Below the pieces are notes generated by a model. It made no database searches and was not told the DNA's origin. It saw nothing but the letters and a program-made list of their open reading frames with translations. A stretch of DNA of 64,000 bases from Bacteroidota bacterium. GTDB taxonomy: Bacteria > Bacteroidota > Bacteroidia > 2-12-FULL-35-15. The position numbers and the translations under genes were made by a program. Where the stretch lies: positions 4,123 through 68,122 of the forward strand of contig JAHEYB010000006.1 of the NCBI GenBank assembly GCA_023251805.1, in the 5' to 3' direction. Of the stretch, positions 37,883 through 47,887 are shown one piece after another (the first letter of the stretch is position 1; every line of letters begins with the position of its first letter).

Positions 37883-40800
37883 TTAATTTAATTTATACTC
37901 CAAGCCATTCTCTTTCAACAAATCCAACAAATCGTTATTGGGATTTACTTTTATTTTTTTGGAAGGCATTACCACAGAAATATTTTCTTCCGTATCAAAT
38001 ACTCTGAACTGCAACATACAATTGCGATTTTCAACCGTACTGTTTTTTGCAATTATATCATTCATCTTATTCATAAACTCATCGTTCAACTCTTTCAAAG
38101 AAACATTCACCGTTAAGCTTCTCGCCATCTTATCGCGCAATTCCGATAGCAACTGAATATTACTCACTTTGTATTCGAAGTTTCCTGAATTTCTGAATCG
38201 CTCCGAAATTTTCCCCTTCACAAATAAAAACAATCCCGTTACCATGTATTGTTTGAACTTCACATAATCTTCTCCGAAAAAAGCCATCTCAGCCGATTCA
38301 TTGTAATCTTCTATCGTAATTTTCCCCCAAGGATTTCCGGTTTTTGTTACACCGTTATGAACGTTGGTAACAATGCCTCCCAGCGTTAAGTCTTTGTTTT
38401 TATTTTCTTCTATTTTTTTAATGTCGGCTAGGGAATGCGGACAAAAATTATCCATTTCTAATTTGTAAGTATCAAGCGGATGTCCGGAAATAAAGAAACC
38501 AACTACATCCTTTTCATTTTTTAATTGTTCTAAATTGCTCCAAGCTTCACATACTGGAATTTTTGGTTCAGGCATATCAATGGCTGCATCGTCACCAAAC
38601 AAAGATACTTGTGCCGAATTTTCTCCGTCTTGATGTGAACTTCCGTAACGAATTACTTTCTCCAAGAAATTTCCATTATCGTTTCCTTCGATGTGAAAAT
38701 AAGTTGCACGGTGAATTCCAAATGAATCCAAGCCACCTGCATTGGCTAAACTTTCAAATGTTTTTTTATTTGCAGCACGTAAATTAATTCTTCTTACAAA
38801 ATCAAATACAGATTTGTACGGACCATTTGCATTCCGTTCATCCACAATTGAAATAACAGCCGCCTCTCCTACTCCTTTCACTGCGCCCATTCCAAAGCGT
38901 ATTTGTCCGTTTTTATTCACAGCAAATTGATACTGACTTTCATTCACATCCGGTCCGAGTACAGGAACACCCATTCTGCGACATTCATCCATGAAGAAAG
39001 TAATTTTATCAATGTTGCTTAAGTTATGCGTTAATACGGATGACATATACTCGCCAGGATAATGTGCTTTGAGATACGCTGTTTGAAAAGCAACAAGCGC
39101 ATAACAAGTCGAGTGAGATTTATTGAAAGCATATTGCGCAAACTTTTCCCAATCCACCCAAATTTTTTCAAGCTTATCAGCGGGCAAACCTTTTTCGGTG
39201 GCGCCATCCATAAACTTACTCTTCATTTTATTTAAGGTGTAAATATCTTTTTTACCCATTGCCTTACGCAACACATCCGCATCACCTTTGGAGAAACCTG
39301 CTAATTTTTGTGACAACAACATTACCTGCTCTTGATAAACAGTAATACCATAAGTATCCGCAAGGTATTCTTCCATTTCAGGTAAATCGTAAGCAATGGT
39401 TTCTCTCCCATGTTTACGCGCAATAAAATTCGGAATGTATTCAATAGGGCCCGGACGATACAATGCGTTCATGGCAATTAAATCGGCAAACTTATCGGGT
39501 TTAAGATTGATTAAATGTTTTTGCATCCCCGCGCTTTCAAACTGGAATGTTCCGTTGGTATCACCACGTTGATAAAGTTCTAATGTTTTTACATCATCTA
39601 AAGGAATATCATCAATGTCGATACTTATTCCGTGATTTTCTTTTATCAATTTCAAGGCATCACGAATAATCGTCAATGTTTTTAAACCAAGGAAGTCCAT
39701 TTTAATTACACCCGCATCTTCAATTACTCTTCCATCATATTGTGTAATTAACAAGGTAGATTCTTTGGAAGTAGAAACAGGAATTAAATCGGTAAGATCC
39801 ATCGGAGCGATGATGATTCCCGCAGCGTGAATACCTGTACCACGTACAGAGCCTTCCAAAATCAAGGCTTCTTTCAATACTTTGGATTGCATATCATCAC
39901 CGGCTAAAATCGCACGCAATTTTTTTACATCTTCTAAATCTTCTTTGTTAAGACCTTCCTTTTCTTCAAGGCTTGCATCACCTGTCATTGGTGCTTTTAA
40001 GACACGCTTCAATTCGATGCCGGGTCGGTCGGGAACTAATTTTGCAAGCATATTTGATTCTTGCAAAGGCAAATCCAGCACCCGCGCAACGTCTTTGATA
40101 CTCATCTTTGCAGCCATTGTACCGTAGGTCACAATTTGTGCTACTTGATTTTTTCCATATTTATCAACTACATAGTCAATTACTTTTTGGCGACCTTCAT
40201 CATCAAAATCCGTATCAATGTCGGGCATTGATTTACGATCGGGATTTAAGAAACGTTCGAATAGTAAATTGTATTTAATTGGGTCGATGTTGGTGATGCC
40301 AATGCAAAAAGCAACAGCGGAGCCGGCAGCAGAACCACGGCCCGGGCCAATCAACACTCCAATATCTCTTCCTGCTTTAATGAAATCGGCAACAATTAAA
40401 AAGTAGCCTGCAAATCCCATTGTTTTTATGGTGAACAATTCAAAATTTAATCGTTCTTCTACTTCAGGAGAAATATCATGATAACGTTCCTTTGCACCTA
40501 AGTAAGTAATGTGATGCAAATAATCATCCTGTGTAGCAAAACCTTCGGGAATAACAAAATTCGGCAACATAATGTCCTGCTTCAGTTTCAGCGGAGTGAT
40601 TTTATCAACTATGTCATTTGTATTATCAATTGCTTCCGGCAAATCGCTAAAGAGTTGCGACATTTCAGCTGTTGATTTAAAATAAAACTGGTCGTTATAA
40701 AATGCAAAACGTTTTCCTTTGAAAGAATTGGAGTCATCATCACCAAAATCTTTCATTGTAGGAGTGCTTTGTTTTTCACCGGTATTTATGCAAAGCAAAA

Positions 40801-41479
40801 TATCGTGCGCGTTGGAATCCTGTTGATCTACATAGTGTGAATCGTTGGAAGCAATAATTTTTACATTGTATTTTTTCGACCAGCGAACAAGCACTTCATT
40901 TACTTTATCTTGCTCCGGAATTCCATGTCGCTGTAACTCGATATAATAATCTTCACCAAAAATATCGTACCACCATTTGAATTCTTTCTCCGCTTCTACT
41001 TCACCATGTTTCATGATGGCTTTTGGAACCGAAGCGCCCAAGCAGCAAGTAGTAGCAATTAATCCTTCGTGATATTGTAAAATCAATTCTTTATCGATAC
41101 GAGGATATTTCCCGTACAAACCTTCCATGTATCCAAGCGAACAAAGCTTCACAAGATTTTTATAACCTTGCGGATTTTTTGCTAAAAACAATTGGTGGTA
41201 ACGAACATCTTTGTCTTCCTTGGTAAATTGTCGTTTATGGCGATTTTCCACTACATAAAATTCGCAACCAACAATGGGTTTTATTTTATTCGGATTTTCG
41301 GGAGTATTGTGTTTTCCTGCTTCGGCAACAAATTTAAAAACGCCAAACATGTTTCCATGATCGGTTATAGCCAATGCACGCATGTTATCGTTCACTGCTT
41401 TTTTGTACAGCGAAGAAATATCAGCTGCGCCATCGAGCAATGAAAATTGAGTATGTACGTGGAGATGGGAGAAGTTCAT
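37883..41479 (-). CDS. dnaE: DNA polymerase III alpha subunit
   Basis: PHP domain HLHVHTQFSLLDG and TDHGNMFG, GPGRGSAAGS, PDIDTDF and YAFNKSH. Confidence 0.98.
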   Translation of the reverse strand: MNFSHLHVHTQFSLLDGAADISSLYKKAVNDNMRALAITDHGNMFGVFKFVAEAGKHNTPENPNKIKPIVGCEFYVVENRHKRQFTKEDKDVRYHQLFLAKNPQGYKNLVKLCSLGYMEGLYGKYPRIDKELILQYHEGLIATTCCLGASVPKAIMKHGEVEAEKEFKWWYDIFGEDYYIELQRHGIPEQDKVNEVLVRWSKKYNVKIIASNDSHYVDQQDSNAHDILLCINTGEKQSTPTMKDFGDDDSNSFKGKRFAFYNDQFYFKSTAEMSQLFSDLPEAIDNTNDIVDKITPLKLKQDIMLPNFVIPEGFATQDDYLHHITYLGAKERYHDISPEVEERLNFELFTIKTMGFAGYFLIVADFIKAGRDIGVLIGPGRGSAAGSAVAFCIGITNIDPIKYNLLFERFLNPDRKSMPDIDTDFDDEGRQKVIDYVVDKYGKNQVAQIVTYGTMAAKMSIKDVARVLDLPLQESNMLAKLVPDRPGIELKRVLKAPMTGDASLEEKEGLNKEDLEDVKKLRAILAGDDMQSKVLKEALILEGSVRGTGIHAAGIIIAPMDLTDLIPVSTSKESTLLITQYDGRVIEDAGVIKMDFLGLKTLTIIRDALKLIKENHGISIDIDDIPLDDVKTLELYQRGDTNGTFQFESAGMQKHLINLKPDKFADLIAMNALYRPGPIEYIPNFIARKHGRETIAYDLPEMEEYLADTYGITVYQEQVMLLSQKLAGFSKGDADVLRKAMGKKDIYTLNKMKSKFMDGATEKGLPADKLEKIWVDWEKFAQYAFNKSHSTCYALVAFQTAYLKAHYPGEYMSSVLTHNLSNIDKITFFMDECRRMGVPVLGPDVNESQYQFAVNKNGQIRFGMGAVKGVGEAAVISIVDERNANGPYKSVFDFVRRINLRAANKKTFESLANAGGLDSFGIHRATYFHIEGNDNGNFLEKVIRYGSSHQDGENSAQVSLFGDDAAIDMPEPKIPVCEAWSNLEQLKNEKDVVGFFISGHPLDTYKLEMDNFCPHSLADIKKIEENKNKDLTLGGIVTNVHNGVTKTGNPWGKITIEDYNESAEMAFFGEDYVKFKQYMVTGLFLFVKGKISERFRNSGNFEYKVSNIQLLSELRDKMARSLTVNVSLKELNDEFMNKMNDIIAKNSTVENRNCMLQFRVFDTEENISVVMPSKKIKVNPNNDLLDLLKENGLEYKLN

Positions 41480-41637
41480 TTTATTAATTCACTGGTTTAC
41501 TAGTTCATTTGTTTATTAGTAAAAAAGCTAATAAATTGAACACAGCCGATTGTAAGTCGGGTTGTAAATTTACTTAATAAAAGAGTACTTTTTAGTAGCT
41601 GTTGATAAGATTGGAAAAGTCGGTATTTTTACTGGAA

Positions 41638-42000
41638 TCAGTCAAATAGAGCTCGAACTTTCCTTTCAGCCCGCACTTCTTTTTTGATAGAAAGTTTATG
41701 TCGGATTTTCAACCAATTACATTTAGAGCAACTATAAATCCAAACAAACTTATAAGGTCTAACAACACATCCGCCACACTCTTGGTGTCTGGCATTTGGA
41801 AAGTTTTCCGACCCCTTTCCTAAATGAACTTTTGGAGAACAAAAAAAGCCATAAGTAATATGAACAAGCGTAGGATGCAATGTCAAGTGATGCAGTTCAC
41901 ATATTTTGCCTTTATCCTCTTTTGCATAATTGTGAATCTTACATGAATGAAAGGAAAATAGTGAGAACAAAATAAAAATGAAATGGAGAAAAAATTTCAT
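41638..42000 (-). CDS. Hypothetical small Cys/His-rich lipoprotein
   Basis: Hydrophobic N-terminus ending FHSC, with CELH, CGGC and CSKC motifs. Confidence 0.55.
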   Translation of the reverse strand: MKFFLHFIFILFSLFSFHSCKIHNYAKEDKGKICELHHLTLHPTLVHITYGFFCSPKVHLGKGSENFPNARHQECGGCVVRPYKFVWIYSCSKCNWLKIRHKLSIKKEVRAERKVRALFD

Positions 42001-42007
42001 TTATTAT

Positions 42008-43735
42008 TTAACTGCTTTTTATCACCCTAAATGTTTTTGATTCACCTTTTTTGGTAATCAAGCGCACAAAGTAAATTCCGTTTGCCTGCTCAATGTTCAG
42101 ATTAATTTTAGCAGTTGCTTCGTATTTTTTATCCTGAATAATTTCGCCCATCACATTATAAACCTGAACAGTAATTTCGTCATATATTCGGCCGAGTTCA
42201 ACAGAAAAATTTCCAGAAGAAGGATTTGGAAAGAGGAGTACATTTTCAAACAAATCATTTTCCGAAACACCAACTGTACTGTAAATACAAGCGCTTGGAA
42301 TTTTTGCAACATAAATTTCTTTTCTTCCGGCAGCAGTAACATTCATACTTCCAAAAGCAGCTGTTAATTCATAATAGCCACAAGTATAAATATTGCAAGA
42401 ATCATCTACCACAATTCCTGTTCCGCGGTCTTCAATAGGGCTTCCAGCCTGTATAGCCCATTGCCATTTACCGGCAGTATCAATTGCAGCAACATAAATT
42501 TGAACGCTATCAACAGCATTTAATAAAGTATCAGCCGCTCCAAAAGCAGCATCTCCTTTGAATTGTCCGGTTACAAAAAGTAAATCTTGTTTATTAGCAG
42601 CAATTCGGTTTCCTCTGTCGGAACCATTATTTGAACCCGCTTTTTTGGCCCATACCCAACTTCCACCGGGAGTTAATTTGGCAACAAAAATATCTCGGCC
42701 ATTTGGACTACCATTGTTGTTTATGGTGTCGTTTCCGAAAACAACTACATCGCGCAACTCACCGGTAATGTAAACGTTTTGTTCAAAATCAATGGTAACT
42801 GAATTCCCTCTGTCATCCAACAAACCACCTGCAGTACGCAACCATAGCTGATTTCCACCACTATCATATTTCAAAACAAAAATATCTCTTCCACCAAAAC
42901 TGGTTGCTGTGATTGTTCCAAAAGGTTTTGTGCCTCTAAATCCACCGGTAACATAAATATTCCCAATAGTATCAATAGCAATACGATTATCGCGTTCACC
43001 GTCCGTTGCTTGAAATGTTTTCACCCAAAGAAATGTACCAATAGGAGAAATTTTTGCAACAAAACCCAATGAATCACCTGTGGGAATAGGAACATTAAAG
43101 CTTCCGAAATGCGCAATGATTCCGCCTGAAGCGTATGTATCACCAATAAATCCTGTTAAATAAATATTTCCTTGTTTGTCGGTTACTAAATCGTAGCCAT
43201 GGTCATCGTAATCGCCACCGGCTCCAATTAGCCATTGACATGTTCCGCTTAAATCAAATTTTCCTACAAATATTTCGTCACCTCCTCCGGGAAAAACGGC
43301 ACTGGCACAACTTCCCAAATTAGTATTGTACCACGCTGTTCCGGTAACATACACAAAATCGTTTTCTTTGTCAACACATAAACCCAATGCTCTTTCGTCC
43401 CAACCACCAATTGCCGACCTTACCCATTGCCAGTTTCCTGTGCTATCAATTTTTGCAACAAAACCTTCTTTACCAAAATCCTGTGTTGGATTAATAGCTC
43501 CGAAACTAACATCTGTTGCCGAAGTGCCACTGTTATAATATCCACACACATATGCATTTCCATATTTATCAATATCTATATCCAAACCTTTGTCTGAGGC
43601 ATCGCCACCAGCGGTTCTCACCCATTCCCATGCTTGAGCATTTGAATAAAATGGCAGTAAAAAAAACAGAAGAAAGAAAAGAGCATGAACAAAATAATGT
43701 GACATGTTTTGCGGGAAATTCTTTTGAGTTTTCAT
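42008..43735 (-). CDS. SBBP beta-propeller repeat protein with T9SS type A CTD
   Basis: Repeated D..GN.YVTG and DIFVAK.D..G..W units, and C-terminal LFPNPSSGNF..NGIYFVRL..FRVIK. Start uncertain (43735 or 43705). Confidence 0.85.
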   Translation of the reverse strand: MKTQKNFPQNMSHYFVHALFFLLFFLLPFYSNAQAWEWVRTAGGDASDKGLDIDIDKYGNAYVCGYYNSGTSATDVSFGAINPTQDFGKEGFVAKIDSTGNWQWVRSAIGGWDERALGLCVDKENDFVYVTGTAWYNTNLGSCASAVFPGGGDEIFVGKFDLSGTCQWLIGAGGDYDDHGYDLVTDKQGNIYLTGFIGDTYASGGIIAHFGSFNVPIPTGDSLGFVAKISPIGTFLWVKTFQATDGERDNRIAIDTIGNIYVTGGFRGTKPFGTITATSFGGRDIFVLKYDSGGNQLWLRTAGGLLDDRGNSVTIDFEQNVYITGELRDVVVFGNDTINNNGSPNGRDIFVAKLTPGGSWVWAKKAGSNNGSDRGNRIAANKQDLLFVTGQFKGDAAFGAADTLLNAVDSVQIYVAAIDTAGKWQWAIQAGSPIEDRGTGIVVDDSCNIYTCGYYELTAAFGSMNVTAAGRKEIYVAKIPSACIYSTVGVSENDLFENVLLFPNPSSGNFSVELGRIYDEITVQVYNVMGEIIQDKKYEATAKINLNIEQANGIYFVRLITKKGESKTFRVIKSS

Positions 43736-43794
43736 ACTTAAGTATTTTCGTTTAGTATCCAACCAAATTTAACAATAAATTCTTTCAAAAACAA

Positions 43795-43826
43795 AAAAGC
43801 CTCTAATCCGAAGATTAAAGGCTTTT
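43795..43826 (-). terminator. Rho-independent terminator downstream of the USP gene
   Basis: AAAAGCCTCTAATC-CGAA-GATTAAAGGCTTTT, with a U-tract on the minus strand. Confidence 0.65.
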
Positions 43827-43847
43827 ATATTAAATATTTGATAATAT

Positions 43848-44669
43848 CTAGTAAGGATTAAATACAGTTGTATCTTTTCTTTCCATTGGACGGAAACTCA
43901 AAACAGGAATATCGCTTTCGTTGATAATACGCTGAGCAACTGTTCCGATAAAGAATTCTTTCATACTCAACTCCGCTTTAGTCATGATTAAAATCAAATC
44001 TGCTTCAACTTCATGTCCGTAATCCATAATCATTTGAGGAATGTCAGAACCACGCAATGTCTTAATGGTACAACGTACTTCTTGATCTTTAATATATTTC
44101 CAAACTTGGTTTGAATAGGAGATTAATTTATTTTCGGCAGCTTCATCTTTTTGAGTAAGAATGGAGATAACGCGGATATCGGCATTGAAAATTTTCGCTA
44201 ATTCAATAGCTTTATTTACTTTTTCGCGCGTTTCTTTTGTTAAATCTAAGGGCAATAAAATGGTTTTGCAACCATCACGGTGAACTTTACCACGGATAGT
44301 GATAACGGGGTGTTTCGACTCCCTCACCATTTTGAATGCGTTTTTTCCGATAATTTTCCCCAAAGTGATTTTAGAAGACAATCCAATCATCACAAATAAT
44401 GGATTGATTACATCTGCTACTTTATTAATTTCTTCATACACATTGCCTTTGCGAACCATCGCTTCAACCGGTTGTCCCGATTTTGTGGATGCTTCTTTTG
44501 CTAGTTCATCCAACCTTTTTTGAACCAAAGGAGGGTTTCCTTCATCAACGCTTAATAAAATTATTTTGGAGCCGGTTAATCTGGCAAGATTGTACGTTTG
44601 GCCAAGAGCAATAATTGTTTGTTCAGTAGAATCAATAGGTACTAGGATAGAATTTCCGGGTGCAGACAT
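43848..44669 (-). CDS. Universal stress protein (tandem USP domains)
   Basis: ILVPID, HPVITI, ILLPLDLTKETREKV, ADLILIMT and IGTVAQRIINESDIPVL. Confidence 0.88.
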   Translation of the reverse strand: MSAPGNSILVPIDSTEQTIIALGQTYNLARLTGSKIILLSVDEGNPPLVQKRLDELAKEASTKSGQPVEAMVRKGNVYEEINKVADVINPLFVMIGLSSKITLGKIIGKNAFKMVRESKHPVITIRGKVHRDGCKTILLPLDLTKETREKVNKAIELAKIFNADIRVISILTQKDEAAENKLISYSNQVWKYIKDQEVRCTIKTLRGSDIPQMIMDYGHEVEADLILIMTKAELSMKEFFIGTVAQRIINESDIPVLSFRPMERKDTTVFNPY

Positions 44670-44814
44670 GTAGTATATTTTATTAATTTAGGTGGCAAAA
44701 GTAAACAATTTACCCGAAGAATGAAATTTTAACCCTAAAATTATGGTTTTCATCTTCGTTTTTTAATAATCAATAGAATGGAAACTAGCATATTGCCATA
44801 AAAAAAGAAAAGTT

Positions 44815-44975
44815 AAAACACATAGCCCACAGAAAAGAAGAAGCTAAAGCTTTACATAGGAACACATAATGCTATGTGCGAAGCTTGCTTCGGCTATCCA
44901 AAAAATAAGTATGCCTTAACCTTTAAAACCTATGTTTCGAAGCCTGCCCTGAGCGGAGTCGCTGCGTGTTTAAAA
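44815..44975. repeat. AACACATAG...CTATGTG repeat element with nested REP
   Basis: Shares AAGAAGCTAAAGCTTTRCATAG (21/22 nt) with the reverse complement of 56752-56773 and contains gccctgagcggagtcg at 44946-44961. Confidence 0.7.
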
Positions 44976-45105
44976 CCTTTTCGGGTGATATTTTAATCCA
45001 ATAAAGCCAAATAAATCCGCGATTTCTTTGCCAATTAGAGAAAAGTACGTACTTTCGCTGTCCCAAAAATAGGTTTGGGAATTAATCATTTAAAAAACTT
45101 AAACA

Positions 45106-45651
45106 ATGCCAGCAAAAATTAGATTACAAAGACATGGTAAAAAAGCTTCGGCTTATTTCCATATTGTAATTGCGGATGGTCGTGCACCTCGAGACGGAAA
45201 GTTTATTGAGAAAATTGGTACGTACAACCCAACTACAAATCCTGCAACCATTAACCTTGACAATGCAAAAGCATTAGAATGGTTAAGTAAAGGTGCTCAA
45301 CCAACCGACACATGTCGCGCTATTCTTTCTTACAAAGGAGTAATGTACATGAATCACCTTATGGGTGGTGTTGCAAAAGGTGCATTAACCCAAGAACAAG
45401 CAGATGCAAAATATGCAAAATGGATTGGTGATAAAGAAGTAAAAGTAAGCGGTAAAGTTGACAAATTAGCGAATGCTAAGAAAGATGCTTACAAAAACCG
45501 TATGGCTGCTGAAGCTGCCGCTAAGGAATCCAAAGCTGCGAAAATTGTAGCAAAAAACACTCCTCCTCCTGCAGTTGAAGAAGCTGCTCCGGTTGCTGAA
45601 GCTGTCGCTACTCCTGAAGCAGATGCTCCTCAAACCGAGGCAGAAGCATAA
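45106..45651 (+). CDS. rpsP: 30S ribosomal protein S16 (long Bacteroidota form)
   Basis: KIRLQRHGKK..IVIADGRAPRDGKFIEKIGTYNP..WLSKGAQPT, with an Ala/Glu-rich C-terminal tail. Confidence 0.97.
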   Translation: MPAKIRLQRHGKKASAYFHIVIADGRAPRDGKFIEKIGTYNPTTNPATINLDNAKALEWLSKGAQPTDTCRAILSYKGVMYMNHLMGGVAKGALTQEQADAKYAKWIGDKEVKVSGKVDKLANAKKDAYKNRMAAEAAAKESKAAKIVAKNTPPPAVEEAAPVAEAVATPEADAPQTEAEA

Positions 45652-45669
45652 TCTTGAAAACGAATTAAT

Positions 45670-45719
45670 AAAAAGTCCCTTGTTTCTCGACTTCGCTCGA
45701 AATGACAAGGGGCTTTTTT
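45670..45719 (+). terminator. Terminator hairpin whose core is a REP copy
   Basis: AAAAAGTCCCTTGT...ACAAGGGGCTTTTTT encloses TTTCTCGACTTCGCTCGAAATGACA, the reverse complement (1 mismatch) of 59418-59442. Confidence 0.7.
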
Positions 45720-45807
45720 AATATAAATTTCTTACTGCGTTTATCATCGTGCTGTCACTTCGAGCCCCGATTATTAGGGAGAAGCAGATAGTGTTAAACT
45801 AAAAACA

Positions 45808-46332
45808 ATGATTGACAACAAAGTCTATCCCATCGGAAAATTTGAATACGGAAAAACCTATTCATCAGCAGAAACACAAGCGCATATCAAAATTATTGAA
45901 GCGTTACCAACTTTGTTAAATACTGTTGCCAAGGAACTCACTCCTGCTCTTCTGAAAAAAAGTTATCGTGAAGGTGGCTGGAATGCACAACAAATCATTC
46001 ATCACATTGCTGATAGTCATGCGAACGGTTTGATACGCGTTAAATTAGCATTGACAGAAAACAATCCCGTTATCAAACCCTACAATCAAGATGCTTGGGC
46101 TGTATTAGCAGATGTTGAAACAAGTCCGATTGATGTTTCATTAAAAATGACTGAAGCAATTCATACAAGATGGACCGCCATTTTAAAATCTATGAGTGAA
46201 AGTGATTTTAAAAGAAAATATACACATCCTGAATACAACAAAGAATTTCAGTTAGATGAATTTATTGCGCTGTATGCTTGGCATGGAAATCATCATTGTG
46301 GTCAATTAAAAGTAATTTTGAATAATGGATAA
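45808..46332 (+). CDS. YfiT/BstA (DinB-superfamily) bacillithiol transferase-like protein
   Basis: YPIGKF, YREGGW..QIIHHIADSH, ALTENNPVIKPY and YAWHGNHH. Confidence 0.88.
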   Translation: MIDNKVYPIGKFEYGKTYSSAETQAHIKIIEALPTLLNTVAKELTPALLKKSYREGGWNAQQIIHHIADSHANGLIRVKLALTENNPVIKPYNQDAWAVLADVETSPIDVSLKMTEAIHTRWTAILKSMSESDFKRKYTHPEYNKEFQLDEFIALYAWHGNHHCGQLKVILNNG

Positions 46333-46891
46333 AAAAGATTGCTTTAATTTGGGTTATATCGCCAAGAGGGTTGGAAATCATGGGGAACTAGGATTTGTAT
46401 TGGATGTGGACGATGGCAATCGATATAAAAAATTAACATCTGTTTTTATTGAAATCAGTAATTCACTCGTTCCCTTTTTTATAAAAAAAATACAAATCAA
46501 AGGAAACAATGCAACCGTTTCGCTTGAAGGAATAGATACAATTACAAAAGCAGAAGAACTACTGAAAAAATCATTATTCCTTCCACTTAACGCTTTATCA
46601 CCTCTCAAAGGAAAAAAATTTTACTTTCACGAATTACCGGGATTTGTTGCTATCGACAAGCGTTTGGGAGAAATTGGGATTGTAAAAGAAGTACTAGATT
46701 TTCCACAACAATCTATCATCAGCATAGTAAAAGGAGAGCATGAAATTTTAATTCCATCGAAAGAAGAATTTATTGTTTCTATTGATAGAGCTGCAAAAAT
46801 TATTCATTTGGATGCTCCTGAAGGATTGATAGAGCTTTACATTTCTTTGAAAGCAGATGATGATTCGGAGAAGGAATCGGACGAAGATTAA
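46325..46891 (+). CDS. rimM: Ribosome maturation factor RimM
   Basis: LGYIAKRVGNHGEL, LVPFFI, FYFHEL, EILIP and PEGLIELY. Located near rpsP. Confidence 0.92.
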   Translation: MDKKDCFNLGYIAKRVGNHGELGFVLDVDDGNRYKKLTSVFIEISNSLVPFFIKKIQIKGNNATVSLEGIDTITKAEELLKKSLFLPLNALSPLKGKKFYFHELPGFVAIDKRLGEIGIVKEVLDFPQQSIISIVKGEHEILIPSKEEFIVSIDRAAKIIHLDAPEGLIELYISLKADDDSEKESDED

Positions 46892-46895
46892 TAGG

Positions 46896-46992
46896 GAGCA
46901 GGAACGAAGCAATCTCTGCTATTTGATAGCTAGTCTTCTTCATTGTGAAAGATTGCTTCCAGTTTCTGTTACAACACAGAACTCGCAATGAC
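46896..46992. repeat. Inverted REP pair (GAAGCAATCT / AGATTGCTTC..CTCGCAATGAC)
   Basis: cgaagcaatctc at 46905-46916, agattgcttc at 46950-46959 and ctcgcaatgac at 46982-46992. A fragment agattgcttcg also occurs near 31625. Confidence 0.65.
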
Positions 46993-47098
46993 GTCCTAAA
47001 ACTAGAAAATTCTCAAAAAGTTTGTTTTTCCAAAAAATAGTTTAACTTTATTATAGTATTAGTAAACGTTGAGTCATTCAAAGTTTTTCTACTCCTTT

Positions 47099-47812
47099 AT
47101 GTCGAATCAAACATTCGCTTTTAAACAGTTTAAAATAAATCAAGACAAGTGCGCTATGAAAGTAGGCACAGATGCTGTTTTATTAGGTTCTTGGGTGAAT
47201 TCTTCCAATGCAAAAACAATTTTAGATGTAGGAACGGGCACAGGTATTATTGCCTTGATGCTCGCACAAAAATCGGGTGCACGTATTGATGCCATTGATA
47301 TTGATTTGAATGCATATATTCAAGCTACCGAAAACATAAATAATTGTCAGTGGAAAGACCATATTGAAGTGCATCATATTTCATTACAACAATTCGCAAA
47401 AGAAAGCGACCACAAATATGATTTGATTGTAAGTAATCCTCCTTATTTTATTGATTCATCAAAAGCTTCGGAAGAATCACGCACAAACGCGCGTCACACC
47501 GATCAATTGCCATTTAATGAGTTACTGGATGGTGTTTTAAAATTATTAAACCCAACAGGAAAATTTTATGTGATTTTGCCCACAAAAGAAAGTGAACAAT
47601 TTAGAGAAGAGGCAGAAAAGCATAAATTATTTTTGACAAAACTTACTCGCGTAATCACGCGAACTGATAAACCGGAAAAGCGTTTGATGATGCGATATGA
47701 ATTTATTCAACGTGCTTTTTCTGAAAGCTCTATCACCATCGAAAAAGATGAAAGGCATTCGTACACAGATGAATATAAGGAATTGACAAAGGATTATTAT
47801 TTGGCTTTCTAA
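47099..47812 (+). CDS. tRNA1(Val) adenine(37)-N6 methyltransferase (YfiC/TrmN6 family)
   Basis: FAFKQF.I.QDKCAMKVGTDAVLLG, LDVGTGTG, SNPPYF and ARH. Confidence 0.9.
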   Translation: MSNQTFAFKQFKINQDKCAMKVGTDAVLLGSWVNSSNAKTILDVGTGTGIIALMLAQKSGARIDAIDIDLNAYIQATENINNCQWKDHIEVHHISLQQFAKESDHKYDLIVSNPPYFIDSSKASEESRTNARHTDQLPFNELLDGVLKLLNPTGKFYVILPTKESEQFREEAEKHKLFLTKLTRVITRTDKPEKRLMMRYEFIQRAFSESSITIEKDERHSYTDEYKELTKDYYLAF

Positions 47813-47887
47813 GAAACTTCTCGCAGATTTCGCAGAAAAAAACGCAGATAATGGGAAAATGTTTTTTTGACTTTTAACTTTTGAATT

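Noticed and set aside
37883-41479. Possible intein or frameshift in dnaE
   Set aside because: The ORF is a continuous 1198 aa of normal length and I saw no intein splice motifs.
45466-45708. 80-aa minus-strand ORF starting MSFRAKSRN
   Set aside because: It starts inside the REP/terminator and runs antisense to rpsP.
46892-47060. Possible tRNA after rimM
   Set aside because: No cloverleaf or T-loop GTTCRA motif. The structure is explained by an inverted REP pair.
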